This document shows positions 45,603-54,613 of a DNA stretch of 59,012 nucleotides, piece by piece. The position numbers were made by a program, and so were the translations under genes. The notes below the pieces were generated by a model, which was given only the letters and a program-made list of their open reading frames with translations, was not told where the DNA came from and did no database searches. The stretch comes from an uncultured Oscillospiraceae bacterium. Its GTDB lineage: Bacteria > Bacillota > Clostridia > Oscillospirales > Oscillospiraceae. The stretch's first letter is position 1, and each line of letters starts with the position of its first letter. The DNA is taken from contig CAJFVK010000001.1 in the NCBI GenBank assembly GCA_904420435.1, positions 1 through 59,012 on the forward strand. The letters are read 5' to 3'.

Positions 45603-47849
45603 TTACCGCTGGCGGACTTCAATGCCCCGCACCACGTTCCGGCTGTCCACAAAGAGGGACATCTTCCCGTCAAAGGCCAGGCAGCGGCCCAGGGAGGCAA
45701 ACCACTCGCCGGTGGTGACGTTGTAGCAGGACACCTCCTCGCTGACGGTGTAGGTGGTGCCGTTTACCACCACAACGGAGCTGCTGCGGAAGTCCGAGGC
45801 GGATACCCCCTCGATCTCCTTGAGCACTACGTAGGCGGACAGACGCTTATAGTTTCCGACACTTTCCTGGCCGGGAACGATGCCGCCCCAGTCCCCATCC
45901 CGGAAGGCAGAACAAATATAGGACCCGGCTCCAGTAGAAGTCCCGTTTTGAACCGTAATCACTTTATTGCTGATGGGAGAGCCATCCACAGAGGTTCCGG
46001 TTTCCACTGTACTCACTTCTATCCGGCCGTAGAGATAGCCTGCGCCGGTGACGTCCTCCAGCACCAGGATATCGATATCCCCGGCGTAGTTGCGGTGGGC
46101 GTAGACGATGTCGCTCTGCTTGACAGAGGCCGTGGGGATGTCCGTCAGGGCAATCTGGGTCATGGCGCTGCCGGCCACCTTGTCGTAGATCCGGGCGTTG
46201 GCGGCCAGGGACACATCCCCCACCTTGCCGGTTTCCACGTTCAGATCCCCCGAGGCCTTGCCGCCGGTGACCCGGCTCAGGTTCAGCTTGTCTTTGCTGC
46301 TGGAGGACACGGTGACCACCTGCCCGTCCAGATCCGCGGCGGACCCGCTGACGCTGCCCTCCAGGGTCAGGCCGCAGAAGAGGTTCACTTTGGCGGAGCC
46401 GCCATCCACGTCGGCCACGCCCATGGCGTTGCCCCGGGCGGAGGAGCCGGTGACGGCCCCGGCCACCTGGTTGTCCTGGGTGAGCAGCAGGGTCATGGTG
46501 TTGCCCAGCTTGAACCGGGACAGGCTCTCCCGGGCGGAGGGCAGCACTGTGAAGTCGTAGCCTGCGGCGGTGATGGTTTCCGGTGCGCCGGTGTTAGGGT
46601 ACACATCCTCATAGTACACCGTCAGCCGGGTGTCGCTGACGTAGACGATGTTGGTGGAGGAGCTGTAGGTGGCCACGTCGTACTGCTCCAGGGCGGAGCG
46701 GGTGACCTGCTCTCCGTTCTTGTAAATCCGGTAGTCCGTGCGGTCGGTGAGCAGCTCAAAGCCGGCAGTGCTGCCGTCGGCGCTGACGATCACCGCCTCA
46801 CCGGCGGTGCTGCCGCCGATGTAGACGAACTCCACCTTCCCGTTGCCGCCGGTGTACACGGTGGCCAGGGTGCCGGCGTTCAGGAAGCTGTACACATCCA
46901 CCCAGGAGGTCTTCTTGTCCTGGTAGTAGGTCACCGTGTCCGTGGATACGGTGAACCGGACCCCGCCGCTGGCGGAGATGGTGTCCGTGGAAGTGGAGGA
47001 GATGGTGATGTCCTGGGTGGTGCCGGTATCTGTGGGCACAAAGGTCAGCACCTTCCCGGCGGTGTTCAGCAGCAGCGTCCCCTTCCGGCCGCTGAGGGCG
47101 GAGGAGCCGGTGCGGTTGGCCACGGGGATGGGGTTCTCACTGTAGCTGGTGAGGACTGCGGGGACGCCGTCGGAGGTGGTGGTGTCGGGATTGAGCATCA
47201 CCACGTCCTCCTGGGCGTTGCCGATGGAGGCGGCGAAGGTGGAGCCGCTGTCCTTCTTGTTGGTGTTCAGCAGGTTCACAAAGAGCTTGGCCGCCTGGGC
47301 CCGGGTCACGGTGTCGGAGCCGGAGAGATTCATCCCCTCCGTCAGGCCGATGGAGGCCGCGGAGCTCAGGTACCCGTCGGGCCAGACCACGCCCACGTCC
47401 TCATCCTTGTAGCCCAGCAGCCGCATGAGCACCGTCACCGCCTGGCCGTAGGTGATGGTGCTGTTGGGCTGGAAGGTGCCGTCGGGGAAGCCGGCGATGA
47501 ACTTGTCCTCCCCCCGGACGGCCAGGTTGATGTACCCGGCGGCCCAGAAGCCGGCCTTCACGTCCGGGAAGATGGTGTAGTTCTGGTAGATCACCGCCTG
47601 GTCGCTCTTGCCCAGGGCCTCCACGGCCATCTTGCAGAACTGGGCCCGGGTCAGGGTGCTGTTTGGCTCGAAGGTGGTGGCGGTGACGCCGTCGATGACG
47701 CCCATCATCCGCAGGACCTCCACGTTCCGGGCGGTCTCCGGGTCGGTGATATCCGTGAAGACCGTGTCCGCCGCCAGGGCTCCCGTCAGGCTCAGGACCA
47801 TCGCCAGGGCCAGCGCCAGGGCGGCGCACCGTGTGAGTAGCTGTTTCAT
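45603..47849 (-). CDS. Large SLH-domain cell-surface protein (748 aa)
   Basis: ATG at 47849 follows AAGGAGGG. The signal peptide is MKQLLTRCAALALALAMVLSLTGALA. It has three SLH repeats (FTDITDPETARNVEVLRMMGVIDG, FPDVKAGFWAAGYINLAVRG) and a long beta-rich C-terminal region. The ORF-track extension to 48416 is rejected. Confidence 0.88.
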   Translation of the reverse strand: MKQLLTRCAALALALAMVLSLTGALAADTVFTDITDPETARNVEVLRMMGVIDGVTATTFEPNSTLTRAQFCKMAVEALGKSDQAVIYQNYTIFPDVKAGFWAAGYINLAVRGEDKFIAGFPDGTFQPNSTITYGQAVTVLMRLLGYKDEDVGVVWPDGYLSSAASIGLTEGMNLSGSDTVTRAQAAKLFVNLLNTNKKDSGSTFAASIGNAQEDVVMLNPDTTTSDGVPAVLTSYSENPIPVANRTGSSALSGRKGTLLLNTAGKVLTFVPTDTGTTQDITISSTSTDTISASGGVRFTVSTDTVTYYQDKKTSWVDVYSFLNAGTLATVYTGGNGKVEFVYIGGSTAGEAVIVSADGSTAGFELLTDRTDYRIYKNGEQVTRSALEQYDVATYSSSTNIVYVSDTRLTVYYEDVYPNTGAPETITAAGYDFTVLPSARESLSRFKLGNTMTLLLTQDNQVAGAVTGSSARGNAMGVADVDGGSAKVNLFCGLTLEGSVSGSAADLDGQVVTVSSSSKDKLNLSRVTGGKASGDLNVETGKVGDVSLAANARIYDKVAGSAMTQIALTDIPTASVKQSDIVYAHRNYAGDIDILVLEDVTGAGYLYGRIEVSTVETGTSVDGSPISNKVITVQNGTSTGAGSYICSAFRDGDWGGIVPGQESVGNYKRLSAYVVLKEIEGVSASDFRSSSVVVVNGTTYTVSEEVSCYNVTTGEWFASLGRCLAFDGKMSLFVDSRNVVRGIEVRQR

Positions 47850-47863
47850 AGTTCGTTCCCTCC

Positions 47864-49078
47864 TTAATCCGCCCGCAGGGCGACCACCGGCTGCAGGCCA
47901 GAGGCCTTGATGGCCGGATACATGCCGAAGATGACGCCCAGCACCACCGAGAAGAGCACCGCCGCCAGGGTGATGCCCGCCGATGGCAGCAGGATCGTCT
48001 TCAGGTGCAGAAGCATCTTTCCTCCCAGCATGGTAAACAAGAATCCGAAGGCCGCGCCGATCACGCCGCCGATACCGCAGATCGTCCCCGACTCGATGAG
48101 GAACTGGGTCACAATGCTCTTGCGCTGGGCGCCGATGGCCCGGCGGATGCCGATCTCCTTGGTGCGCTCGGTGACGGTCACCAGCATGATGTTCATAATG
48201 CCGATGCCGCCCACCAGGAGGGAGATGCCGGCGATGCCGCCCAGCACCAGGCTCATGCCCTGGGCCTGCTCGTTGATGCTCTCGGTATACTCGTCGTTGC
48301 TGTAGGTGTAGAAGTACCCCTTCTGGTTGGTGTAGTCGTTGGGATCGCCGCAGATGCCGGTGAGGAAGCCCTCGATCATGGCCTTGGCCTGCCGCAGGGC
48401 GTTGCCGTCCCGGCACTTGACGTAGAACTGGGACATATCCACGCTCTGGTTCAGGGACCGGGCGGCGGTGTAGGGCAGGACGATCACGTTGTCCAGGGAG
48501 TAGTCGTTGTCCGGGTCCTTCTCCGCGTAGACCCCCACCACCCGGAAGGGGACGCCGTCGATCTGGATGCTCTTGCCCACCGGGTCGGTGAAGTCGAAGA
48601 AGTTCCGGGCCGCCCGGGCCCCCAGGACGCAGACGTTGCTGTAGCTGTCCACGTCGATCTTGCTGAGATCCCGGCCCTCCGCCAGCTGAAAGTTGTTGAC
48701 GATGGCGTACTGGTCGCTGCCGAAGTAGACCTCCGGCGGGTAGTCCATGGAGTTGCCGCTCTTGCTCTCGTAGGTGACGTTTCCCCAGTAGTTGCCCGCA
48801 GGGGTCACGCCCTCCACATAGTCGTCCAGATAGAGGCAGTAGTCGTACAGGCTGTCAAAGACGCTGTTGCCGTTGTAGAGGGAGGCGTACACCTCCAGCC
48901 GGTTGGTGCCCATGGCCTTGAGCCGGTCCAGGGTGGCCTTGTTCTGGGCCATCATCACGGACACGATGGTCATCACCGAAGCCACGCCGATGATAATGCC
49001 CAGCATGGTGAGAAAGGAGCGGCCCTTGTTGCCGCCGATGGATTTGAAGGCCATTTTGAAGGCCTGACCCAGTTTCAC
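47864..49078 (-). CDS. ABC transporter permease, MacB/FtsX type
   Basis: GTG at 49078 overlaps the ATPase stop (GTGA). It has the N-terminus FKMAFKSIGGNKGRSFLTMLGIIIGV, a large extracytoplasmic loop, and a C-terminal FtsX 3-TM bundle. Confidence 0.9.
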   Translation of the reverse strand: MKLGQAFKMAFKSIGGNKGRSFLTMLGIIIGVASVMTIVSVMMAQNKATLDRLKAMGTNRLEVYASLYNGNSVFDSLYDYCLYLDDYVEGVTPAGNYWGNVTYESKSGNSMDYPPEVYFGSDQYAIVNNFQLAEGRDLSKIDVDSYSNVCVLGARAARNFFDFTDPVGKSIQIDGVPFRVVGVYAEKDPDNDYSLDNVIVLPYTAARSLNQSVDMSQFYVKCRDGNALRQAKAMIEGFLTGICGDPNDYTNQKGYFYTYSNDEYTESINEQAQGMSLVLGGIAGISLLVGGIGIMNIMLVTVTERTKEIGIRRAIGAQRKSIVTQFLIESGTICGIGGVIGAAFGFLFTMLGGKMLLHLKTILLPSAGITLAAVLFSVVLGVIFGMYPAIKASGLQPVVALRAD

Positions 49079-49770
49079 AGCCAGTCCACCTCCTGTTCCT
49101 GGTCCTCCACGATCCTGCCGTCGGAGATGCGGATGATCCGCCGGGCCGTGGCGGCGATGGAGTTGTCGTGGGTGATGAGAATCACGGTGCTGCCCTCCTT
49201 GTTCAGCTCCTGGAGGAAGTGGAGCACCTCCTGGCCGGTGTGGCTGTCCAGGGCGCCGGTGGGCTCGTCGGCCATGATGATGGGGGGCTTGGCGGCGATG
49301 GCCCGGGCGATGGCCACCCGCTGCTGCTGGCCGCCGGACATCTCCGAGGGGTGGTGCTTCCACCGGGAGGCGATGTCCACCCGCTCCATGGCCTCCATCA
49401 CCATGTCCCGGCGCTTGAAGACGGACACGTTCTGGTAGATCAGGGGCAGCTCCACGTTCTCATAGGCGGTGAGCCCCTGGATCAGGTTGTAGCTCTGGAA
49501 GATAAACCCCACCTCCCTGTTGCGGATGTGGGAGAGCTGGGCGTCGTCCAGATCGTCCACGTCCTGCCCGTCGATCAGGTAGGTGCCCCGGGTGGGCACA
49601 TCCAGGCAGCCCAGAATGTTCATCAGGGTGGACTTGCCGGAGCCGGACTGGCCCACCACCGCCACGAACTCCCCCCGGTCGATGGTGAGGCTCACCCCGT
49701 CCAGGGCCCGGACCTCCGCCTCCGTGCCCTCTCCGTAGATCTTGTAGACGTCGCGAATATCAATCAGCAT
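49075..49770 (-). CDS. ABC transporter ATP-binding protein (MacB/LolD-like)
   Basis: 231 aa. It has Walker A GQSGSGKST, signature MSGGQQQR and Walker B IIMADEPTG. Confidence 0.93.
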   Translation of the reverse strand: MLIDIRDVYKIYGEGTEAEVRALDGVSLTIDRGEFVAVVGQSGSGKSTLMNILGCLDVPTRGTYLIDGQDVDDLDDAQLSHIRNREVGFIFQSYNLIQGLTAYENVELPLIYQNVSVFKRRDMVMEAMERVDIASRWKHHPSEMSGGQQQRVAIARAIAAKPPIIMADEPTGALDSHTGQEVLHFLQELNKEGSTVILITHDNSIAATARRIIRISDGRIVEDQEQEVDWL

Positions 49771-49787
49771 TCCATCACCTCACCTCA

Positions 49788-51452
49788 TCAATAGTACATG
49801 TTCATGTTCTGGGTGGTGTTCTGGAATACGGTGTCGCCCTCGCTGACGCCGCTGCGGATCTCAATATTATATGTATCGTTGATCCCTGTTTCCACCGGCA
49901 CGGCGTAGTAGCCCTCGGCGGGCACGCCCATGGCGCTGCCGTCGATGTCGATGGCGTTGTCCGGCCGGGCGTCCGTCTTCAGGAACACCACGCTGATGCT
50001 CTCGCCGGTTTCACTGTTGGGGTCGGTGACGTACTTGACGCACTGGATGGGCAGCACCAGGCACCCGTCGCTCTGGCTGGCCACCAGGCTATAGGTGACG
50101 GAGCTGTTGGGGTAGATGCCGCTGCCGGTCTCCGCGGCCATGGAGTTGTCCACGGAGATGGTGGCCGGGTAGAAGACGGCGCCGTTGTTGTTCTCCGCGT
50201 TGAGGCTGATGCTCTCCACAACGCCCGTGTAGGGGGTGCCCCACTGGTTGATGTCCACCATCATGCCCACCTTCACGTAGGACAGGTTCCGCTCGTCCAC
50301 CTGGGCGGTGATGGTGATGACGGAGGTGTCGGCGATGGTGATCACCGCGGTGTTGGCGTCCACCTCCTGGCCCGGGGAGATGGCAAGGCCCGACACAGTG
50401 CCGGAGATGGGCGCCACCGCCTCCAGGTTCGCCAGGTTCTTCTCCGCCTTCTCCAGGTCCTCCTGGGCGGTCTTCACGTCCTCCTCGGCGTTGTAGATGT
50501 CCGCCTCGTTGTCCTCCCCGTCGATCTGCATGAGCACATCCCCGGCGGACACGGACAGGTAGTCCAGCAGGCTGTTGCTGATCACGTCGCCGCTGGCCTT
50601 GACCACCACGTCCGCCGTGCGGCTGTACTTCAGCTCCCCCTGCTCATAGGGGTAGATGGCCTGGCCGCCGGAGGTGATGGAGGCGGAGGCCTTCATGCCC
50701 TCGGTGAGGGCGCCCTCGTTGGGAACCGAGATCTCCACCATGAAGAGCCGGCTGCCCTCGGCGGAGATCCGCTCCACCATGTTGACCCGCTCCACCGTGC
50801 CGGTGACCTGCCCCATGACCGCCGGGATGGAAACGGAAACGCTCTGCCCCTGGCGGATATCGTTTTCATAGGCGTAGCTGTAGTACTGCTCCAGGGTCAG
50901 GGTGTGGTCGTCCACCAGCTTGGCGATGGTGGTGCCGCTGGAGATGGGATCCCCCGGCTCGAAGCGGGGGCTGTCCCCCAGGAGGATCTTCCCGGAGAAG
51001 GGGGCCGTGACGGTCAGGTTGTTGGCCGCCTCATAGAGGTCGTCCAGGGCCTGCTGCTTGGCCTTCAGGGCGTCCCGGGCGTTGACCACCGCGGCCTGGG
51101 CGCCGGGGCTGTCGATGGAAAACAGCTGCTGGCCGGCCTCCACCGTCTGTCCCTCGGTGACGTACACGTCCAGCACGGTGCCCGAGGTGGTGATGGTGAT
51201 GGTCTCCTGGCTCTTGGCCTTGGCGGTGCCGGAGCCCTCCACCTTGCTGGTGATGGAGCCCAGCTGCACCATGGCGTCATTGATCGTAACGCTCCCGTCG
51301 TCGGCAGTCATCAGCTTGACCATGCCGAAGACAATGGCACCCACCACCACAAGGGCAATGACGCTGAGGATGATCCGCTTGCGGAGCTTGGGATTCTTCT
51401 TTTTCTTGGGCGCCTGTACCTCCGTGGCGGGCGGGGTGACTGTTGCATTCAT
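49788..51452 (-). CDS. Membrane-fusion (HlyD/MacA/YknX-like) periplasmic adaptor protein
   Basis: ATG at 51452 follows GGAGGAAAGGAAGG. It has an N-terminal TM anchor, lipoyl-like hairpin segments (VYVTEGQTVEAGQQLFSID, APISGTVSGLAISPGQEV) and a coiled-coil. At 554 aa it is long for the family. Confidence 0.85.
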   Translation of the reverse strand: MNATVTPPATEVQAPKKKKNPKLRKRIILSVIALVVVGAIVFGMVKLMTADDGSVTINDAMVQLGSITSKVEGSGTAKAKSQETITITTSGTVLDVYVTEGQTVEAGQQLFSIDSPGAQAAVVNARDALKAKQQALDDLYEAANNLTVTAPFSGKILLGDSPRFEPGDPISSGTTIAKLVDDHTLTLEQYYSYAYENDIRQGQSVSVSIPAVMGQVTGTVERVNMVERISAEGSRLFMVEISVPNEGALTEGMKASASITSGGQAIYPYEQGELKYSRTADVVVKASGDVISNSLLDYLSVSAGDVLMQIDGEDNEADIYNAEEDVKTAQEDLEKAEKNLANLEAVAPISGTVSGLAISPGQEVDANTAVITIADTSVITITAQVDERNLSYVKVGMMVDINQWGTPYTGVVESISLNAENNNGAVFYPATISVDNSMAAETGSGIYPNSSVTYSLVASQSDGCLVLPIQCVKYVTDPNSETGESISVVFLKTDARPDNAIDIDGSAMGVPAEGYYAVPVETGINDTYNIEIRSGVSEGDTVFQNTTQNMNMYY

Positions 51453-51505
51453 GGTTTCTTTCCTTCCTTTCCTCCGGTCCGGAAAATTCGCGTACTGTAC
51501 TGCTG

Positions 51506-51534
51506 ATAGTAATACAGTTGGCAATGCTTGTCAA
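51506..51534 (-). promoter_or_regulatory. Promoter of the MFP-ABC-FtsX-SLH operon
   Basis: On the minus strand: TTGACA (51534-51529), 17 nt, TACTAT (51511-51506). Confidence 0.6.
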
Positions 51535-51544
51535 CCTGAAAACA

Positions 51545-51562
51545 GTTACAGTTAGGTTACAG
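51545..51562. promoter_or_regulatory. Direct repeat GTTACAG-N4-GTTACAG (11-bp period) abutting the -35 of the efflux/SLH operon
   Basis: GTTACAG occurs at 51545-51551 and 51556-51562, 10 nt upstream of the -35 on the minus-strand promoter. This geometry is typical of response-regulator activator sites. Confidence 0.4.
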
Positions 51563-51764
51563 CTTTCCGGCGCTGCCGGGCGGGCGCGGCCCAGGGCCGG
51601 ACAGGAGCCATTGCCATACTAATTTTATAGACGACAGAGCGGGGCAAATGTTCCCTCTCCGCCTAAAAAAATTCTGGTCCGCGGGGGGCGGGAGCTTTTC
51701 GGCTGGTTTTTCATTTTTTTGACATGGAACAGAAAATTTTTTTAAAAATTCCCCCTTCTGCTCC

Positions 51765-51793
51765 TTGCAAAACGACACAATTTGGAGTATAGT
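51765..51793 (+). promoter_or_regulatory. Promoter of the His-rich / cooT / metF / acs operon
   Basis: TTGCAA (51765-51770), 17 nt, TATAGT (51788-51793). Confidence 0.65.
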
Positions 51794-51838
51794 GTATACG
51801 GTTAAAATTATGTCAATTCATAGATTGGAGTGACCACT

Positions 51839-52123
51839 GTGGAACACAGCCATGAACATACCCATCCCCACAGCCACGACGGCGTGGAGCACACCCATCC
51901 CCACACCCATGAGGGCCATTCCCACGGGGACGTCCAGGGGGAGGACAAGACGGCGGCCCTGCTGCAGTACATGCTGGACCACAACGTCCACCACTGCGGC
52001 GAGCTCAAGGAGATGGCCGGCGGCCTCTCCGGCGAGGCGCAGCACCAGCTGCTCCACGCGGTGGAGAGCTTCGAGGAGGCCAACGGCCATCTGGCAAAGG
52101 CCATCGAGGAACTGAAAAAGTAA
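51839..52123 (+). CDS. Histidine-rich small protein (putative metal-binding or nickel-handling protein)
   Basis: GTG at 51839 sits 8 nt after GGAG (the frame also opens at GTG 51830). The N-terminus is EHSHEHTHPHSHDGVEHTHPHTHEGHSHGD, with 12 His in about 30 residues, followed by a helical C-terminal half with further His/Cys (HNVHHC). Confidence 0.7.
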   Translation: MEHSHEHTHPHSHDGVEHTHPHTHEGHSHGDVQGEDKTAALLQYMLDHNVHHCGELKEMAGGLSGEAQHQLLHAVESFEEANGHLAKAIEELKK

Positions 52124-52136
52124 GGAGCGATTTTCC

Positions 52137-52325
52137 ATGTGTCTTTCTACGGTTTATAAAGGAAGCAAGTCTGACGACAACGTCTGCGCCAAGTATGTGG
52201 CGAAGATCGACGTGGACGGCGACACCCTCACCTTTACCGACGTGCTGGGCGAGGTGACGAAGGTGGAGGGCCGCCTGGTCAGCGCGGACCTGACCGCCGG
52301 CGTGGTGGTCTTCGACGCCGCCTGA
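52137..52325 (+). CDS. cooT: CooT-family nickel-binding protein
   Basis: 62 aa. It has the N-terminal Met-Cys (Cys2) and an all-beta pattern like R. rubrum CooT. SD is AAGGAG. Confidence 0.75.
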   Translation: MCLSTVYKGSKSDDNVCAKYVAKIDVDGDTLTFTDVLGEVTKVEGRLVSADLTAGVVVFDAA

Positions 52326-52326
52326 G

Positions 52327-52548
52327 ATGAGAGCGTACGAACTGTGCTGCGAGATCTTCAACAGCTGCAGCAACAACCAGATGCGGGACGTGGATTTCCA
52401 GGAGGTGGAGGTGGAGGACACCGACGCCTACGTCCGGAATCTGGAGCCCCGGGCCGTTATTGAGAAGGAGGTCCTCTCCGACGGCGCGGTGATTTACCAT
52501 ACGGATACCGCCGGACTGTGCAAGCGGTATTCCTTCACCCCGATCTGA
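52327..52548 (+). CDS. Hypothetical small protein (73 aa)
   Basis: ATG lies 1 nt after the cooT stop, which suggests translational coupling. The N-terminus is Cys-rich (ELCCEIFNSCSNN). No family recognised. Confidence 0.55.
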   Translation: MRAYELCCEIFNSCSNNQMRDVDFQEVEVEDTDAYVRNLEPRAVIEKEVLSDGAVIYHTDTAGLCKRYSFTPI

Positions 52549-52765
52549 CGCCGGCGCCGCCGGACGCCGGAGCGGGGCCGCCGCGCCCGGGCGCCCAGCG
52601 CCGGCCTTCGCGGCGGACGGTCGAGCCAGGCTGCCAGGGGGCCCGGGGAGGGCACGGCGGAGCGTTCCGCCGGCGTCCCGCCGGCCCGCCTGGAAATGGA
52701 TATGCTGGCTCCGGTATCGGCCGGAGTCCGCGGCAGAGAAGCGAAACAAACAAATGGAGGTTTTT

Positions 52766-53689
52766 ATGAAAGTTTCCGAGATTTTTGAGGAGCGGGCAAC
52801 ATTCTCCTTTGAGGTGTTCCCGCCCAAGACCGACGCCGGCATGGAGAAGCTGTGCGGCAAGGGCGGCGTGCTGGAGCAGCTGTACACCATGCACCCGGAC
52901 TACATCTCCTGCACCTACGGCGCCGGCGGCACCAACGTGGGCAAGAACCTGGAGGTCCTCCAGAAGATCAAGGCCGACGGCAAGTGCACCCCGGTCACCC
53001 ACTTCACCTGCATCGGCAACACCAAGGAGGGCATCAAGGAGCAGCTCCAGACCTACCTGGACAACGGCATCGACCACATCCTGGCCCTGCGGGGCGACCT
53101 GCCCTTCGGCTGGACAGGCACCAACGGCGACCTGCACTACGCCACGGAGCTGGTGAAGTTCATCCGCAAGGAGTTTGACGACAAGTTCACCATCGCCGTG
53201 GCCGGCTCCCCCGAGGGCCATGTCCAGTGCCGCAGCCTGGAGTCCGACATCTCCTTCCTCAAGCAGAAGCAGGACAACGGCGCCGACTACATCATCACCC
53301 AGCTGTGCTGGGATATGGACCAGTTCCGCTACTGGCTGGACGCCATCCGGGCCGCCGGCATCTGGCTGCCTGTGGACGTGGGCATCATGCCCATCACCAC
53401 CATCTCCGGCACCCTGACCAACGCCCTGAGCCGCAACGCCTGCGTCATGGACCGCAAGCTCTGCGAGATCATCTCCAAGTACTGGCTGTTCCCCAACCCC
53501 TACGCCCCCGAGGACGCCATGGCGGATCAGAAGAAGGCCGATTTCCGCAAGGCCGGCCTGGACTACACCATCGACCTGATCGACCAGTACCGGGCCTGCG
53601 GCATCGACGGTATCCACCTCTATGCCCTGAACAAGTACGAGGATGTGGCTTACATCGTCGAGAACTCCGGCATCATCGACCTGGTCTGA
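52766..53689 (+). CDS. metF: Methylenetetrahydrofolate reductase
   Basis: ATG at 52766 follows ATGGAGG. It has FSFEVFPPKT, LRGD and DYIITQLCWD, typical of MetF. Confidence 0.92.
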   Translation: MKVSEIFEERATFSFEVFPPKTDAGMEKLCGKGGVLEQLYTMHPDYISCTYGAGGTNVGKNLEVLQKIKADGKCTPVTHFTCIGNTKEGIKEQLQTYLDNGIDHILALRGDLPFGWTGTNGDLHYATELVKFIRKEFDDKFTIAVAGSPEGHVQCRSLESDISFLKQKQDNGADYIITQLCWDMDQFRYWLDAIRAAGIWLPVDVGIMPITTISGTLTNALSRNACVMDRKLCEIISKYWLFPNPYAPEDAMADQKKADFRKAGLDYTIDLIDQYRACGIDGIHLYALNKYEDVAYIVENSGIIDLV

Positions 53690-53758
53690 CGCAGGACCGC
53701 TCCGGGGCCTCTCCGGCCGGCGGAGCGGATCATCCCTTTGGAAGGAGCCGCAAGCACT

Positions 53759-54529
53759 ATGACACAAACCATCGCTTTCGCCGGCAAGGGCGGGGTCGGC
53801 AAGACCACCATCTGCGGGATGCTGATCCAGTACCTGTGCCGCAAGAATAAGGGCGCCGTCCTGGCTGTGGATGCGGACGCCAACTCCAACCTCAACGAGG
53901 TGCTGGGGGTGGACGTGGAGATGACTCTGGGCGACATCCGCGAGAACATCGCCCGGGCGGACATCACCGATCCCAGCCCCATCCCCGCCGGCATGACCAA
54001 GGCCGACTACGCGGACATGATGTTCGGCAACGCCCTCATCGAGGGGGACGACTTCGACATGCTGGTCATGGGCCGCACCCAGGGCAAGGGCTGCTACTGC
54101 TACGTCAACGGCATCCTCTCCGCCCAGGTGGACAAGTACGCCAAGAACTACCGCTATGTGGTGGTGGACAACGAGGCGGGCCTGGAGCACATCAGCCGGG
54201 GCATCCTGCCCAAGGTGGACATGATCCTCCTGGTCAGCGACTGCTCCCGCCGGGGCATCCAGGCGGTGGGCCGCATCGCTGAGATGATCGAGGAGCTGAA
54301 GCTGGGCGTGAAGGACGTGAAGCTCATCGTCAACCGCGCCCCCGGCGGCCAGCTCAACGACGGCGTCCGGGAGGAGATCGAGAAGCACGGCCTGGACCTG
54401 CTGGGCGTCGTGCCCCAGGACGAAACCGTCTACCAGTATGACGCCGAGGGCAAGCCCAGCGTGGACGTGCCGGAGGACGCGCCCATCAAGCAGGCGGTCC
54501 ACGGCCTCTTTGACCAGCTTCCCCTGTAA
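53759..54529 (+). CDS. cooC: CooC/AcsF-type nickel-insertion ATPase
   Basis: It has the deviant Walker A GKGGVGKTT and the CxC nickel motif GKGCYCYVN. It is a MinD/ParA-like fold of 256 aa. Confidence 0.9.
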   Translation: MTQTIAFAGKGGVGKTTICGMLIQYLCRKNKGAVLAVDADANSNLNEVLGVDVEMTLGDIRENIARADITDPSPIPAGMTKADYADMMFGNALIEGDDFDMLVMGRTQGKGCYCYVNGILSAQVDKYAKNYRYVVVDNEAGLEHISRGILPKVDMILLVSDCSRRGIQAVGRIAEMIEELKLGVKDVKLIVNRAPGGQLNDGVREEIEKHGLDLLGVVPQDETVYQYDAEGKPSVDVPEDAPIKQAVHGLFDQLPL

Positions 54530-54613
54530 GAACCGCGTGTATCTGTGAGAGCGCACCCAACTATGTTTTCTATTAATTTTCAATAGACAAATTTTTGAAG
54601 GGAGTAAACCACT

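Noticed and set aside
51557-51778. 73-aa ORF (minus strand) in the divergent promoter region between the efflux and acs operons.
   Set aside because: It overlaps two good promoters and has no SD, no motif and a low-complexity translation.
52549-52765. Cobalamin or THF riboswitch in front of metF / acs genes.
   Set aside because: No B12-box-like element or THF-aptamer blocks were recognised by eye. The sequence resembles the generic GC-rich repeat material found in other spacers.
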